From the NCBI GenBank assembly GCA_012295275.1, contig CM022674.1, positions 682,001-746,000 on the forward strand: DNA of 64,000 nt, written 5' to 3'. Below, piece after piece: positions 1-31,001 of the stretch. Positions within the stretch are counted from its first letter, which is position 1; each line of letters starts with the position of its first letter. The notes below the pieces were generated by a model. The model was not told the origin of the DNA and ran no database searches. It saw only the letters and a program-made list of their open reading frames with translations. Made by a program: the position numbers and the translations under genes. Source of the DNA: Chrysomallon squamiferum (Eukaryota > Animalia > Mollusca).

Positions 1-18383
<18,383 letters not shown>

Positions 18384-19127
18384 ACGTCGCAGAGACTTCC
18401 TCACCTCGCTAGTGCTACGACAATCTGTGTGTTTTTAAAAATGAGAAAAACACACGAGTTTGTGTTATAACCTAACTCAGTGATGTCGACAAACAGTAAC
18501 TGAATACGTTTTTTTAAAAATTAACTGAAGAGATCAGTGAAATAGTATGTTTAGTAAAATAACTTGTTATTCTTATAAATAAATAAATAAATAAATAAAA
18601 TAAGAAATAAGAACAATAATGACAATAAATTTCAACTAAATATGGTTAACAAAGTCTCATATGTGTTTGATCAAAATAACTGAATTAATTTAATAAAGGG
18701 AGAATCACAATTAACATTATGTTCCAGGTACTGCGTTTTGAGATGTATGGTTGTGCCTAGGTATCATGGCACATATGAATTTATGTGAGATTTGCAAAAA
18801 TAAGACACACAGACACACACACACACACACAATTTATCTCTGAACTGAATTACCTCTCTTTTTTTCACCTCTGTTAGAGACAAATCTTACGATTTTATCA
18901 TTTGCACCATAATCTTGATTCTTGTGTTATTGTTTTGTTTCGCCTTAGTACATCTTCATCTGACTTTAGTAACAAACGTAATGTATACAACGATTGATGG
19001 TTTATTGTAACGTTTTACAGAAATAACACTATATATATGTCTCTGCTGTTTTGTGTTGTTATTGTTATTTGACTCCTTCCATACTGAAATACGAATTTTT
19101 AGATTACCTTTGTGAACAGATGTAATA

Positions 19128-19163
<36 letters not shown>

Positions 19164-19293
19164 GTTTCATCATCATCACCATGTAATTTTTGTGGATGTA
19201 TATTTACTTATTTTTAATTATAATTAATAATTAAAAAAATTCAACGTGTTACAGGAGAGAAGAGGGACACGTTTGGGTTTTTATCTGTGTCTT

Positions 19294-19345
<52 letters not shown>

Positions 19346-20225
19346 GAAAGGAGACTTTGAGGCCTTAATATTCTTAAACCATTACCTGGTTGATTTGTAT
19401 TTATTTATTTATTTATTTATTTATACTACTTCAAAAATTTATTTGCATCAAACACGTCTTCTTTGTATAATAACTATCAGAAATAAATAAATTCAACTTC
19501 ACAGATATAATTTGTCTGTTTTTTTCTGTCTGTCCAGCTGTTTGTTTTCAAAATGTACACAGCATTTGTTATTCAGACAATGTTTGAGATCGTTACCACA
19601 AAACGACTTATAAACGGGTAATACCGTTCCCGTAAATTAGGTTTGGATATTATTTAACAAAAATATCAGAAAATGTTAACTGTAAACAAAGCTTAATTAC
19701 AGATCAGTTATAATACTTTTTAATAAAAGCAATAGCAACAATAATAAAAGGTTAAAAAACCGAAAAAGTTGTAAATAAAGACTCACCTTTGATACATTTT
19801 CTCTATTTTCTGCCTGGAAATAATTAGCACTGATTTCTGTCCGTGAACTGTTTCGTTTCTATGCGAAACGTCTCGAAGGTTAGTATGACGTCATAACATG
19901 ACGATTAATGGCGATTCTGTAAATAAATATTTATAAATAAATTTTTCGTATTCGAAAATAATAAAATTGACTATTGTTGTTCTTTTTCATTAACCTATCC
20001 ATTACCATCTTCTTCTTATTATTATTATTTTTTTTTTCCCAGCATGTTTCGATATTTCAAACTTTATTTTAAAACTTTATTCTAAAAATAAAATAAAATA
20101 AAATTAATAACTTTAATAGAATAAAAGAAATACAAATAAAAAAAATAAACCCTGTTACCAAAAATAAAATATTTCGTTTGTTAAGTCCTATTTATTTTGA
20201 ATTTTAAACATTCTACAACAAATAC

Positions 20226-20268
<43 letters not shown>

Positions 20269-21506
20269 TTCTGCGACGTTCCTTTCATATCTTTTCTTCT
20301 TTACTTCTGTATATTTTTCTCTCTTTCTATCAGTAGACAGCATACTATGATTCCCTGAATAAAATTTAATAATAATGACAGTACATGTATTAGTGGTATC
20401 ATAGTAACTTTCATTAGCAACCAAAGAACTAGCAATAGTACTGCTGCAGTTGTTGCAACACAAGCTGAAAACAGAAGCTGTGGTAGTAACAGTCGTAGTT
20501 GTAGTAGCAGCACTATTAGTGATAATATTAGTAGCAGTAGAAGAAACAGCAGCAGCAGCACTAGTAGTAGTAGTACTATTGATAGTAGCAGTGGTAGCGG
20601 CGAAGATATTACTAGTAGTTATAGTAAGAGCAGTATAATTGTCGAAGTAGGAGTAGTATTAACAGTAGTAGTATTACGGCGGTGATGGTAGTAGTAATAA
20701 AATAGATTAGTAGGTCTAGTAGTAGTTGTAGTAGTAGTAATATTAGCAGCAGCAAAAGCAGTAGCAGTAGTAGTAGTAGTAGTAATAGTAAATGTAGTTG
20801 TAGTTGTAGTTGTACTAGTGGCAGTGGTCTATTTACCTGATACATATCGAACTACGCGTTCGATTACATGAAAACGCTACACTACCGATAACTACCGATA
20901 ATTGCCGATAACTGCCGGATGTCTACGAATCCTTGAAACCATAAATATAATGCATACAGTTAAACTGAGCAGCAATAAATAATGACGAAGGCAGGCTTTG
21001 TAGTGTAAACAAAAGAAACAGTTTACATTCGTTTGAATACTGACCTTGTATCACATGTGGTTCGGGGCAAACACGTAAAATTAATACAAATTTCTGTCTG
21101 GCTTTGTGAAACAAATATTCTAACTCTAAGCGACCTTGGGAGATGGCCATTTTTGGTGGGTAATGAAAAGAAAAGTAATTTAGAAGTGCTGAAAATATGT
21201 CATTATTATACTGACGTAGTAATTTTTCATGGCTGAAGGATGAATAGATTTGTGATGGTTTCCAAATTGCTGATTTCGCTGAAATACTTCAGTCATCTGA
21301 AAATTCTGCTTTTGAGCGATATTTTTATTTATTTATTTATTTATTCTTTTGGTGTGGTTGACTTAAAATAGTTTGCACACACTGTGACACCTATTTCAAA
21401 TTAAACATTAAAAGAAAATAAAAAAATATATAAAATGTATCTCATATAGGTTTTTTAGTTTAATTATTATTATATGTTTTCTAATGTGTCTGTATCTGAG
21501 TCAGAC

Positions 21507-21569
<63 letters not shown>

Positions 21570-21830
21570 AAATATAATAATTACATACATATATTATACT
21601 AAATTTTAAAAACTTATTAAAGACTACTTTACGACATTTCATCCGTGTATACATCTGTCCATTTATTTGATTATTAATTTACTTAACCACGTTGTTAAAG
21701 AGTTTCGTTAAAATAACTGTCCTATTAATTTTGTCAGGATTTACTACACCTACTCAGAAATTACACTGTTTTCATTGCATTTCATTGTAATACATATATA
21801 TTCCATTAGTGCGTTATAATTAACTCCCCT

Positions 21831-21918
21831 TTACGTAAAACAACCAATCAAAAATCGACGAAAAATATTCTATAAAAAGGATTCAAATAATGAAAGTTAC
21901 ATTAGAATTTCGCTTCAG
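21831..21918 (+). promoter_or_regulatory. Putative Pol II promoter and short first non-coding exon of the RTX-like gene
   Basis: TTACGTAA (bZIP-type site) at 21831, AACCAATCA (CCAAT box) at 21842-21850, TATAAAA at 21871; about 30 nt downstream a short segment ends at donor CAG|GTAATC (GT at 21919). An alternative donor AAG|GTAAAT has GT at 21938. Confidence 0.45.
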
Positions 21919-22258
21919 GTAATCGTTGGCGAAAAAGGTAAATGCATTTTAATTTTTATTTTAATTTCAGGCGTTATGCTTCAGGTTTTATTTTAATTTT
22001 TTTAGTCGTTGTTGTTATTGTTGATACTGGGTTTTTTGTTACCATTGTAACAAGTAACCAATAGTAGTGTATGTGAAATACATATAACAGTAGTAAATAA
22101 ATAAATAAATAAATAAATATACTGTAATGTTAGCTGCAAGTTACATTTTATAATAAATTTCACGAAGACACGGAAGCACATGATAAATTAGTCGATAACT
22201 CTGGCTAGAATCTCACAAGAGAAGAACAGAAATCACAACTCGAAATTTCCCAAATAAG

Positions 22259-22330
<72 letters not shown>

Positions 22331-23212
22331 CAGTCACAGCATTAGTAAATAGTAGTAGTAGCAGCAGCATTAGTAGTTGTAGTAGTAGTAGCAGCAGCAT
22401 TAGTAGTTGTAGTAGTAGTAGCAGCAGCATTAGTAGTTGTAGTAGTAGTAGTATTCGAAACAGTAGTAGCAGAAGTGTTAGTAATAGTAGTAACAGTATA
22501 GTAACAAAAGTATAGTAGCAGTAGTAGTAGTAGTAACAGTAGTAGTAGTAATGGTAGTAGTAGTAATGGTAGTAGTAGTAGTAGTAGTTGTTGTAATATT
22601 AGTAGTAGTAGTTGTAGTAGTAGTAGTAGTAGTAGTATAGAACGTGAATTTCCGAGCAGTGCTGCGATGTAAGCAGTGAACAATCACGCAGGCAGAAGGA
22701 TTGATTTTATTTCTAAAACAAATTTGCAGGATTGTTTTGAAATGAGATGTATATTAATCACTGTACCCAATGGGATATTCTGTCTGTAATCAGAACGAAT
22801 TATTGTTTCTATTATTATTATTATTAGTACTACTACTACTACTACTACTACTGCTATTACTACTACTATTACTACTACTACTAGTAATAATAATAATAAT
22901 AATAATAATAATACATACGTAGTAGTATTAGTAGTGATATTGGAAAGAAAAATAGCAAAAAAATTAAGTTCAGAGCTACATTTCATTTTTTTCTAGTGAA
23001 TAATATATTTTCATAAAATGTTTTCCTCTATATGTATGTTTGCATATTTCTTTGCAAATATAATTATTAATATTTCTTATATATTTTATTTCACAAATTT
23101 ATTTATTTATATGATACCATACCATATTATATATCATATGATACCATATCATATCATATCATTTCACATATTATATTATATTAAATTATATTATATTATA
23201 TATTAATTTCAG

Positions 23213-23306
23213 ATTCAGTTATCATAGCGGATATCGTTTGAGAAAACAAATTCAACTGCACAATATTCTTTATACAGGAACCTTTTCAGTTACAGTCTGC
23301 TGAAAG
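23213..23306 (+). other. Putative 5'-UTR exon of the RTX-like gene
   Basis: Acceptor ttaatttcag (AG 23211-23212), donor AAG|GTAAAT (GT 23307), no ATG inside; a unique-sequence island between microsatellites. The next acceptor attttttcag ends at 23810, 19 nt before the ATG at 23830. Confidence 0.5.
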
Positions 23307-23711
23307 GTAAATTTTCAAAAAAAATAAAAAAAACATAACGTCGATTAAAACAGTTATGTATATAATCAATTTCTTTTTCAGCTGCAGACATAATTCTTAC
23401 TTTTACAATATAAAACGAAACAATATATACATAAATCTTTGTCATGACACATTAAATTTATTTTTATTAAGATGGGACAAATGAATTCATTTCAAAATGT
23501 AGTATTAGCATTTACACTTAAATGCACGGGACGTACGCACGCACAAAGACATACACATAAACACATACACTCAAACATACAAATTCACACATACACACAT
23601 AAACAAACAGGCACGCACACAACGCACATGCACATCCACATACCACATGCATGCACAAACACGCACACATTCTAGTTACTGCCAGAAAAGTGCATTACAT
23701 CTTCTTTTATT

Positions 23712-23785
<74 letters not shown>

Positions 23786-23829
23786 TTTATTTATTATTTT
23801 ATTTTTTCAGATCTTACTCCATCCTCACT

Positions 23830-26800
23830 ATGTCGACTGACGACGTCTTCAATACTGCGGCCCAGTCCAAGTTCATCAGCAACTTCGGCGTCGACCTCTC
23901 CAAGAACATCAAACAGACGACCGTGAAGAGAGACAACAACGCCTTGAATCCGGTGACCGCCATCGACTCGATGGTGAAGTCGCTGAAGCTGAACGGCGCC
24001 GACTCCGACTACATCGAGGCGATGGAGGAACTGAAAACCGACCCGGACATCCTCAAAGCGGTGGAGCACTTCGAGAAGTCGCTGAACGGCGAGGCGAACA
24101 TGCACGATATGAGGAAGGTCGTGCCGCCAGAGACCCCTGCCGCAGAAACCAAACCCACCATCGACGTGGGACTGAACGGCGAGGTGTTCACGGGCAAAAT
24201 CGACGACAACAAGGACAACGACCTCATCCGCTACAGCAACTACATCTCCGGGGCCGGCACGTCGTTCGGCGGCTTCATGACGGACATTCCGAGCACGCTG
24301 CACGACCTGGCAGACCAGGCGCTCGACCTGCACCTGAGGGACTACACCAAGTGGGAAGGGAAGCTGGAGGAAGCGAACAACAGGGTGTCGAAGATCATGC
24401 AGGACGAGGTGGACTTCCACGACATGTACGGCGACAACCCGAGACGAATGATCGACAGGTCGAAGACGGCCGACATGCAGGGAGGAACCACGAAACGCTC
24501 GCTCGCCGAAATTCAGGCTCAGACCCACGTCGGGAAGAAGAAAATCGCCGTCGCCCAGCACGAGTTGTACAGCAAGAAAATGATGGACGTTTCCACTAAA
24601 AAATCCGGAGCCATGAGAGCGAAAAGCATGTTAGACAAAGTGGGCGGCAAAATCGGGTACGCCTCAACTGCTTTTACCGGCATCCAGGGCGGGATCGACA
24701 TTTCCGCGGGGAGTCAGATGCTGTCCAACGCCAAAGGAGAGGTTAGAAAAAGGCGAGATTAACGAGGACGAATACAACCGGTTAAAGAGAGACGCCGAAC
24801 TCCGCATCACCGGCGGTGCTTTCGGAATAGGCAGTGGGATCTACGACATGGGTAAAATAGTGCAAGAGAAAATAGGAAAGAAAGTGGCCAAGAAGCTGGC
24901 GAGCAAAGGCGTGAGTATGAGCAAACATGCGACGAAAATGTTGGCTCGCTTCGGCTCCATGGTCGGAGGCGCTATCAGCATCGCCATGGGCGTAGTGTCG
25001 ATGACGAAGAACGCGATCGCAGCCGACGCCGCACGACGCGACAAAAACTACGGCAGGATGGCGATGTACGGCATCATGGCTGCACTGGACGGCGTCTCCA
25101 TCGCCCTCGACGCCATCAGCGTCGTCCTGGATTTCATTCCTGGCATCGGGACCGCGATCTCCGTGATCGTGGACCTCGTCAACACGGTGGTCGGGCTGGT
25201 CAACATGGTCATCGGTTTCTTTGCCGACATGGTGGACACGCGCTCCGACGAGGACAAGGTCAAGGCTGCTTTCGACGACTACGTCGAATCCGCAGCGTTC
25301 AAGGCTTACATCGACAGGCAGGCGGAGGTGTACAAGAAGCAGGGGTACGACCTCTTCCAGTACATCGTCGACGCTGAGGCTGCAGGCATCAGTGAGAGTG
25401 ACTACGATTCTTCGAAAGTCGACAAAACGGTGACGAGAAAGCTGACAGACAAGGCAGTGGAAGACTCGACAGACAGAAGCCTCCGCCTCGCTCTCATCGA
25501 CGCGTCCTCCATAGGCAGAGAGCTACGTGGTCGCGCCGGCGACGACCTCATCATGGCCGGCGTGGGTGCCGACACCGTGTTCGGCGAAGAAGGCGACGAC
25601 CTCTTGTATGGCGAGAAAGGCAACAACACGTTGTACGGAGGTCCTGGCAACGACTACCTGAACGGCGGCACGGGACGGAACGAGCTGTTCGGAGGCGAAG
25701 GGGACGACTGGATGGTTGTCAAGCCGGGTCTCGACAAACTTGTCGACGGCGGGGCGGGCAGCGACACGGTAGAAATATCCGCGGACTTCTTCAACTGGTA
25801 CAAACACGGCTCGCAGAACACCATCAAACTGGGCTTCGGTCCGAACCACGTGCAAGGCTGCTACGTCGACTTGTCCGCGCAGAACAACAGCAAGCACGGC
25901 AGAGCGGGTCTGGCTCTCGGAGGACTCATAAACAACATATCAGAACTGGACAGGCCCGACCCCATCCACAAGAAGGCGTTCACGCACGACTCGAGTCTCG
26001 AAAGAGACCTCAAAAGTCTGATGGCGAAAGGCGGTAGCACCATCAGCAACTCCGTGCTCTCTGGGAAGATGCTCTGGTTCTTGGCGCACGACGTCCACAC
26101 CGGGGTCAACACCGACTTGAAATACGTCACCGACGGGGAGTACATCTACACTCTCGGAAGATCGGAAGGGAGAAGCGGATCGTGGAGATCGGAATTTTCC
26201 ATCAACACCATCCCGAAAGGCGTCGCCCAGTACAACGAATCGACGATGAGTCTGACTTACAACCCTGGGAAAGAACTGGAAGCGCTGTTCCTGTTCGCGT
26301 TCCGCGGCACAGAGTGCGTCAAGAACGTGGAGAAGATTGTGGAGTCCAAGTCGAGCATTGACATACACTCTCAGGTAATCGGCGACAACAAAAAGAACCT
26401 CTTCGACATCATGTACGGGTACAACGAGTACGTGTACACCGGCAACGGCAACAACGTTGTAATAATGGCGTCGTCGTTTTCGCCAGCCTTCGAAATGTGG
26501 AAGTACATCATCGGCGGAGACGGGGACAACACCCTCATCATCAACAGCAGCAGCCGCAGCACCGTACCGAGATCGCACAACGGGATGAACTACGACGCGG
26601 GCCACGTGTTCATTTTGCTGGAGGCAGACATCGAACTGTCCAAAGCGAACAAAAGCTACAACCCGTCCAACGTGAACGCCTGGAAGGGAAACACGGTCGA
26701 CAGGGGAATCTACCTGAAGAACGTCAAGCGCATACAGCTGTCCGCGCAGTTCAAGCACAACGCCAGCTTCTTCGTGGATGCCACCAATCTGAAGAGCGGA

Positions 26801-29590
26801 CACTCGTTCATCATCGACAGCGACACCAGCACGTTCCGCCTGGTCGGCACCCCCGGGGACGACACGATCTACGTCAAGAACCTCGCCCAGAAGAGCTCGT
26901 ACATCGACGGATTTGGCGGCACCAACCTGCTCAATATGGAAAACTACGAAAGCAACGACGTCCTGGCGATAACCCTGGGAGACCAGCTGTCCGGAGGAAT
27001 GATCAAAGGAACGAAACTGACGGCGCGACTGAAGAACATCCAGAGCATAAAGGCCTCGTACATGGTGAAGAGCATCGAAGGCAACAACCAAGACAACCTT
27101 CTGATCGCCTCGGGAGGCGAAACCACGGTCAGCGCCAAAGGCGGAAGAAACACGCTCGTGAGCATGCGCGGTTGTCACACCTTCGAAGGCGGCGACGATG
27201 GCATCAACACGTACATGATCAGCGGACCGGACATCACTGAAACGACGACCGTTACGGTAACCAACGTCCACAACGTCGGTCTGAGGGCTTCGTCCCTGCT
27301 TGGAAGCTGGACCAACGGAATTCTCACCGTCAACGTGCTGAAAAACGAACCCGCCACAATTCGACTCACCCAGGCAAACATCGTCGACGCTTCTGGCAGC
27401 ACCGTCAGCAACAAAGGCTCTCTGACGATCGAGAACAACAAGCTGGTCTTCCGCATTCGCCACTACTTCAGCCACCTCAAGGACCACGAGATGGAAACGA
27501 TCCGAGTCAAATACACGACGACCGGATCGACAGCAACCATCAACGAACCGGGCGTCGGGTGCGTACTGCGACTGTCAAACTTCAGCAACGCCGCCGAGCT
27601 TCACGTCTTCGTCAACAGCAGCAACCAGCTCGAATTTCAGACGCTCACCAAGCAGACGATATTCGTAGACAAGTACTGGGCAAAAGCTTTCACTGACGGA
27701 ATCACCAGCCCAATTTCCCTGATCTCCATGTTCGGCAGGCGGTTCCAGATGATCGTGTTCGACAAGTCGAAAGAAGTGCTCGACTACAAGGGCATCTTCG
27801 CCATGCTCAAAGACAAACTGAGTAGCATCATCAGCGACGCCACAAACAACTACGACCACCTCATCGATCTCGCAGAAATCGCTCAGACGCACCTGACCCA
27901 GTACACGCTCGGCGACGGCAGCAACAAGGTCCTGATGAGCGTGCGAAACATCAAACTGCAGCTGGGCAAGGGATCCAGTCTGGTGGACGTTTCGGGGACT
28001 GTGAAACAGACAGCAGCTCTTGCCGCAGGAACAACGGTCGCCGTCGGATCCGGAAAAACGACGCTGATTTTGGGAACGGGAAGGGAGACTGTGACAATCG
28101 AAGGCAGCAGCAACAAGTCGATCTGTCTAATTTTCAAGAACATCGATTCCAACTCGGTCGCCATTCAGGAGTCGTACGGTCCCACGTACGAGCTGAGGTA
28201 CAGTGGATCCTTGGTCACGACGCTGAAGCGATTCGTACCCGTTAAAATGTGCTTCTTGCACAACGGCGTGATGGTGATAGTCGACGACGTCCCTGCTTAC
28301 ATCACACAGCGCAAGATGTCGAAACCATACACGCATCTCTTGGAGCTCGCCGACGGAAAAAGCAAACTCAGACTGAGGATTCCCAACGTCAGCTCGGCCA
28401 GCCTGAAGATCTCCGTGGCTGTCACGAAGAAGGGGATCAAAGTCAGCTTCGTCGTGGGCAACGACACTGTGTTTGAATTCCTTTCATTCACAACCGAGCT
28501 GAACGCCGACTACATCGCTATGGAAACGCGTTACCAGCTGCAGGGCGGGGTTGTCACGAGCGACGGGACTAAAATTGGGCAGGCGTTGCAGGACCTGGTC
28601 AAAGGCAAACTGGGATCCGGTTCTGACCTCTCCGTTCTGAAAGCGTCGCAGTTCGACGAGGTTGTCTCCCTTTCTCAAAAGAACACGCCGCAGCTGACGC
28701 TGAAGAACACGTCCGAGATGGTCATCGCCAACAAGAGCGGGTACACCGTCAACACCAGCGGAGGAAACGACTTCGTGCGCGTGTCCGCCTCCAACGTCAC
28801 CGTTCAGACAGGCGAGGGCAGGGACACCGTCTTTGTGCAGTCTGGCGCTACGGGCGTGTCCGTCGTCTTCAAAGCCAGCGACAACGTGTACGTGGCCGGC
28901 CGGAACACGCTGGTGATCGAAGGCGTCACAGGGAGCAACGTCACTCTGTCCAACCAGAACGACGGGAAGCTGTCGTCGCAGGCGTACGAGAACAAGAACA
29001 TCCCCGTCAAATTCAAGAAAGACTCCACCCTCGTTCAGATCGACAAATCTCCCAGCTGCCTCATGTTCAAGAACGGGAGCGAGTACGAGGTGATTCCCTT
29101 CTCCCGCGTGTCGCAGTTCTTCGCGGACCAGGCGCAAAACCGATACATCGCTAGAAACTTCATCGGCTCGGACGGCAAGATGTTTCTCAAGGCCGCCGAC
29201 ATTCGATCCTCCGACTTCCAGATTTCTATCTGGCGGTCGTCATCAGGCTACACGTCCGTGCGCTTCTTCTCCGCCGCGGTCTTCAACATCCACGCCAGGT
29301 ACACGAACACCGACTCCACCACTGCGTCTGGAACTGACCTCGTCCTTGACGTCGCTTCGGAGTTTCCTGGCGGCGTCATGTTCCAGGACGGGATGAAGAA
29401 GGACGGGAGTCTCCTGGTGTTCCTGCTGGGGAAGATGGTCGCTGCGACTGTGTCCGGGATTTCTGTGACCAGCTCGTCGTGGAGTGACAGCGACGCCAAG
29501 ACGGCCTACGACGAGTACATGAAAACCAACGACAACACCAAAGACTACACCACCATTGTCGCCAACGTCGCTCTCAGCCTGACTGTATAA
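23830..29590 (+). CDS. Large RTX-toxin-like protein (hemolysin-type Ca2+-binding GGxGxD repeats, hydrophobic pore-forming-like N-terminal region), about 1919 aa, intronless, one apparent +1 frameshift near 24733
   Basis: ORFs 23830-24762 and 24848-29590 fuse if one base is removed from gccaaaggagagg (about 24733-24735), giving ...LSNAKERLEKGEINEDEYNRLKRDAELRITGGAFGIGSGIYDMGKIV.... Nonapeptide run GRAGDDLIM-AGVGADTVF-GEEGDDLLY-GEKGNNTLY-GGPGNDYLN-GGTGRNELF-GGEGDDWMV...GGAGSDTV at 25529-25771, with further degenerate repeats (GGDGDNTL, GTPGDDTI, GNNQDNLL, SGGNDFV, GEGRDTV). Uniform C/G-rich third positions across both ORFs. Confidence 0.88.
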
Positions 29591-30069
29591 GCAGATGTCG
29601 TCGTCGTCTCGCTGATGAAGTGAACGTAAATCAAACCATCGAGAATGTTTAGCTGAATTTTTGGACTTTATCAATAATTTTTATTGTTTATATATATATA
29701 TATATGATGCTATATTCTGGTGTTCGGGCACCTAGAACAAAATTTGTTTATGTCACTTCTGTTTTATTCTAGTTGCAAAGTCGTTGCCTACTGCTTTGTG
29801 CTATTCAACATATTTACGAGTAGGTTAGTAAAAGGATTAATATTCAGTTTTAAATTATTCTAAGAAACTGTGACACTCATTTTTGCCACAACTCTCACAT
29901 TACTCCACGCATTCCTGTACACACCCAAACACTCCTACACACACCCAACCGCTCCTACCCACACCCACACACATATCCAGGTACACTTTGTGAATATTAA
30001 TTTATTATTATTATTATTTTTAAAATCTTTGTGAGACGTATTTGTTAAAGTGTACTAAAAGTTAAACTG

Positions 30070-30075
30070 AATAAA
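30070..30075 (+). other. Candidate polyadenylation signal for the RTX-like gene
   Basis: AATAAA about 480 nt after the stop codon, followed by a T/GT-rich tract (cagttttatttctgttgttt). The AT-rich background lowers specificity. Confidence 0.35.
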
Positions 30076-30299
30076 TCTTTATCTTTGCTTCAGTTTTATT
30101 TCTGTTGTTTATTACTTTTTGTTTATTAGCTTATTATCGTATATTAGCGTAACAGTTTGCGTATTTCAGTATCCAAGGATGAAAAAAAAAAAAACAATAG
30201 CAGAGTATCTATGGGTAGGCAGCTGTTTATGATTGGTACACATTATATCTCGTTCCACTTGGTCCTCCAATAATGTTGTAACAAAGTCCTTAGTTTGTG

Positions 30300-30368
<69 letters not shown>

Positions 30369-30957
30369 AGTAACAGTGAAATAATAATTCGTTATACTAG
30401 TACTTTATTCTCAGTAACAATGCAAAGTACACCAAATAAATTTCTCATTGACATTACAGTAAGTCAAAACTACGAACAAAAATTAAGTATTCTTAAATAG
30501 AAAAGTAATAATTTTGTATGAAAATAGATTTATTAGATAATAAATAAATAAAATATAATATAATATAAAAAAAAATAAAATAAATTAAAATAAAATAAAT
30601 AAATAAATAAGTAAATAAATAAATAAATAAATAAATAAAAAAAAAAAAAAAAAAAATGAAAATAAAATATTTAAATAATTAAATAAATAAAATACAATAA
30701 ATAGGATAAAATGAAAAAAAAGAAGATAATCTTATCAAATAAGAATTCAGTTATATGTGTGTATGCACGTATGTATTTATGCATACATACAAACACACAA
30801 ACACACAAACACAATACACAATGCGCAAAACACATTTATATGAGTATTTATATGTGTGCATGAATATATGTATATGTATATATGTGTGTGTATGTATGTA
30901 TGTATGTATGTGTGTGTACGTATGTATGTATGTATGTGTGTGTGTATGTATGTGTGT

Positions 30958-30994
<37 letters not shown>

Positions 30995-31001
30995 CTTTTA
31001 T

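Noticed and set aside
23647-23829. Leu-rich N-terminal extension of ORF 23647-24762 resembling a signal peptide
   Set aside because: It is a (TTA)n/(TTTA)n intronic tract upstream of the splice acceptor at 23810; the likely start is the ATG at 23830.
23811-29640. Bacterial contaminant contig fused into the assembly
   Set aside because: Disfavoured but not excluded: only a single gene is present with no bacterial intergenic or operon context, its 5' boundary coincides with a spliceosomal acceptor, and the flanks are host-type DNA. Read-level confirmation is still needed.
23794-29674. Long antisense and alternative-frame ORFs over the RTX-like gene (for example 25940-27487 minus, 515 aa)
   Set aside because: Shadow ORFs caused by strong third-position C/G bias of the sense CDS; no recognisable motifs.
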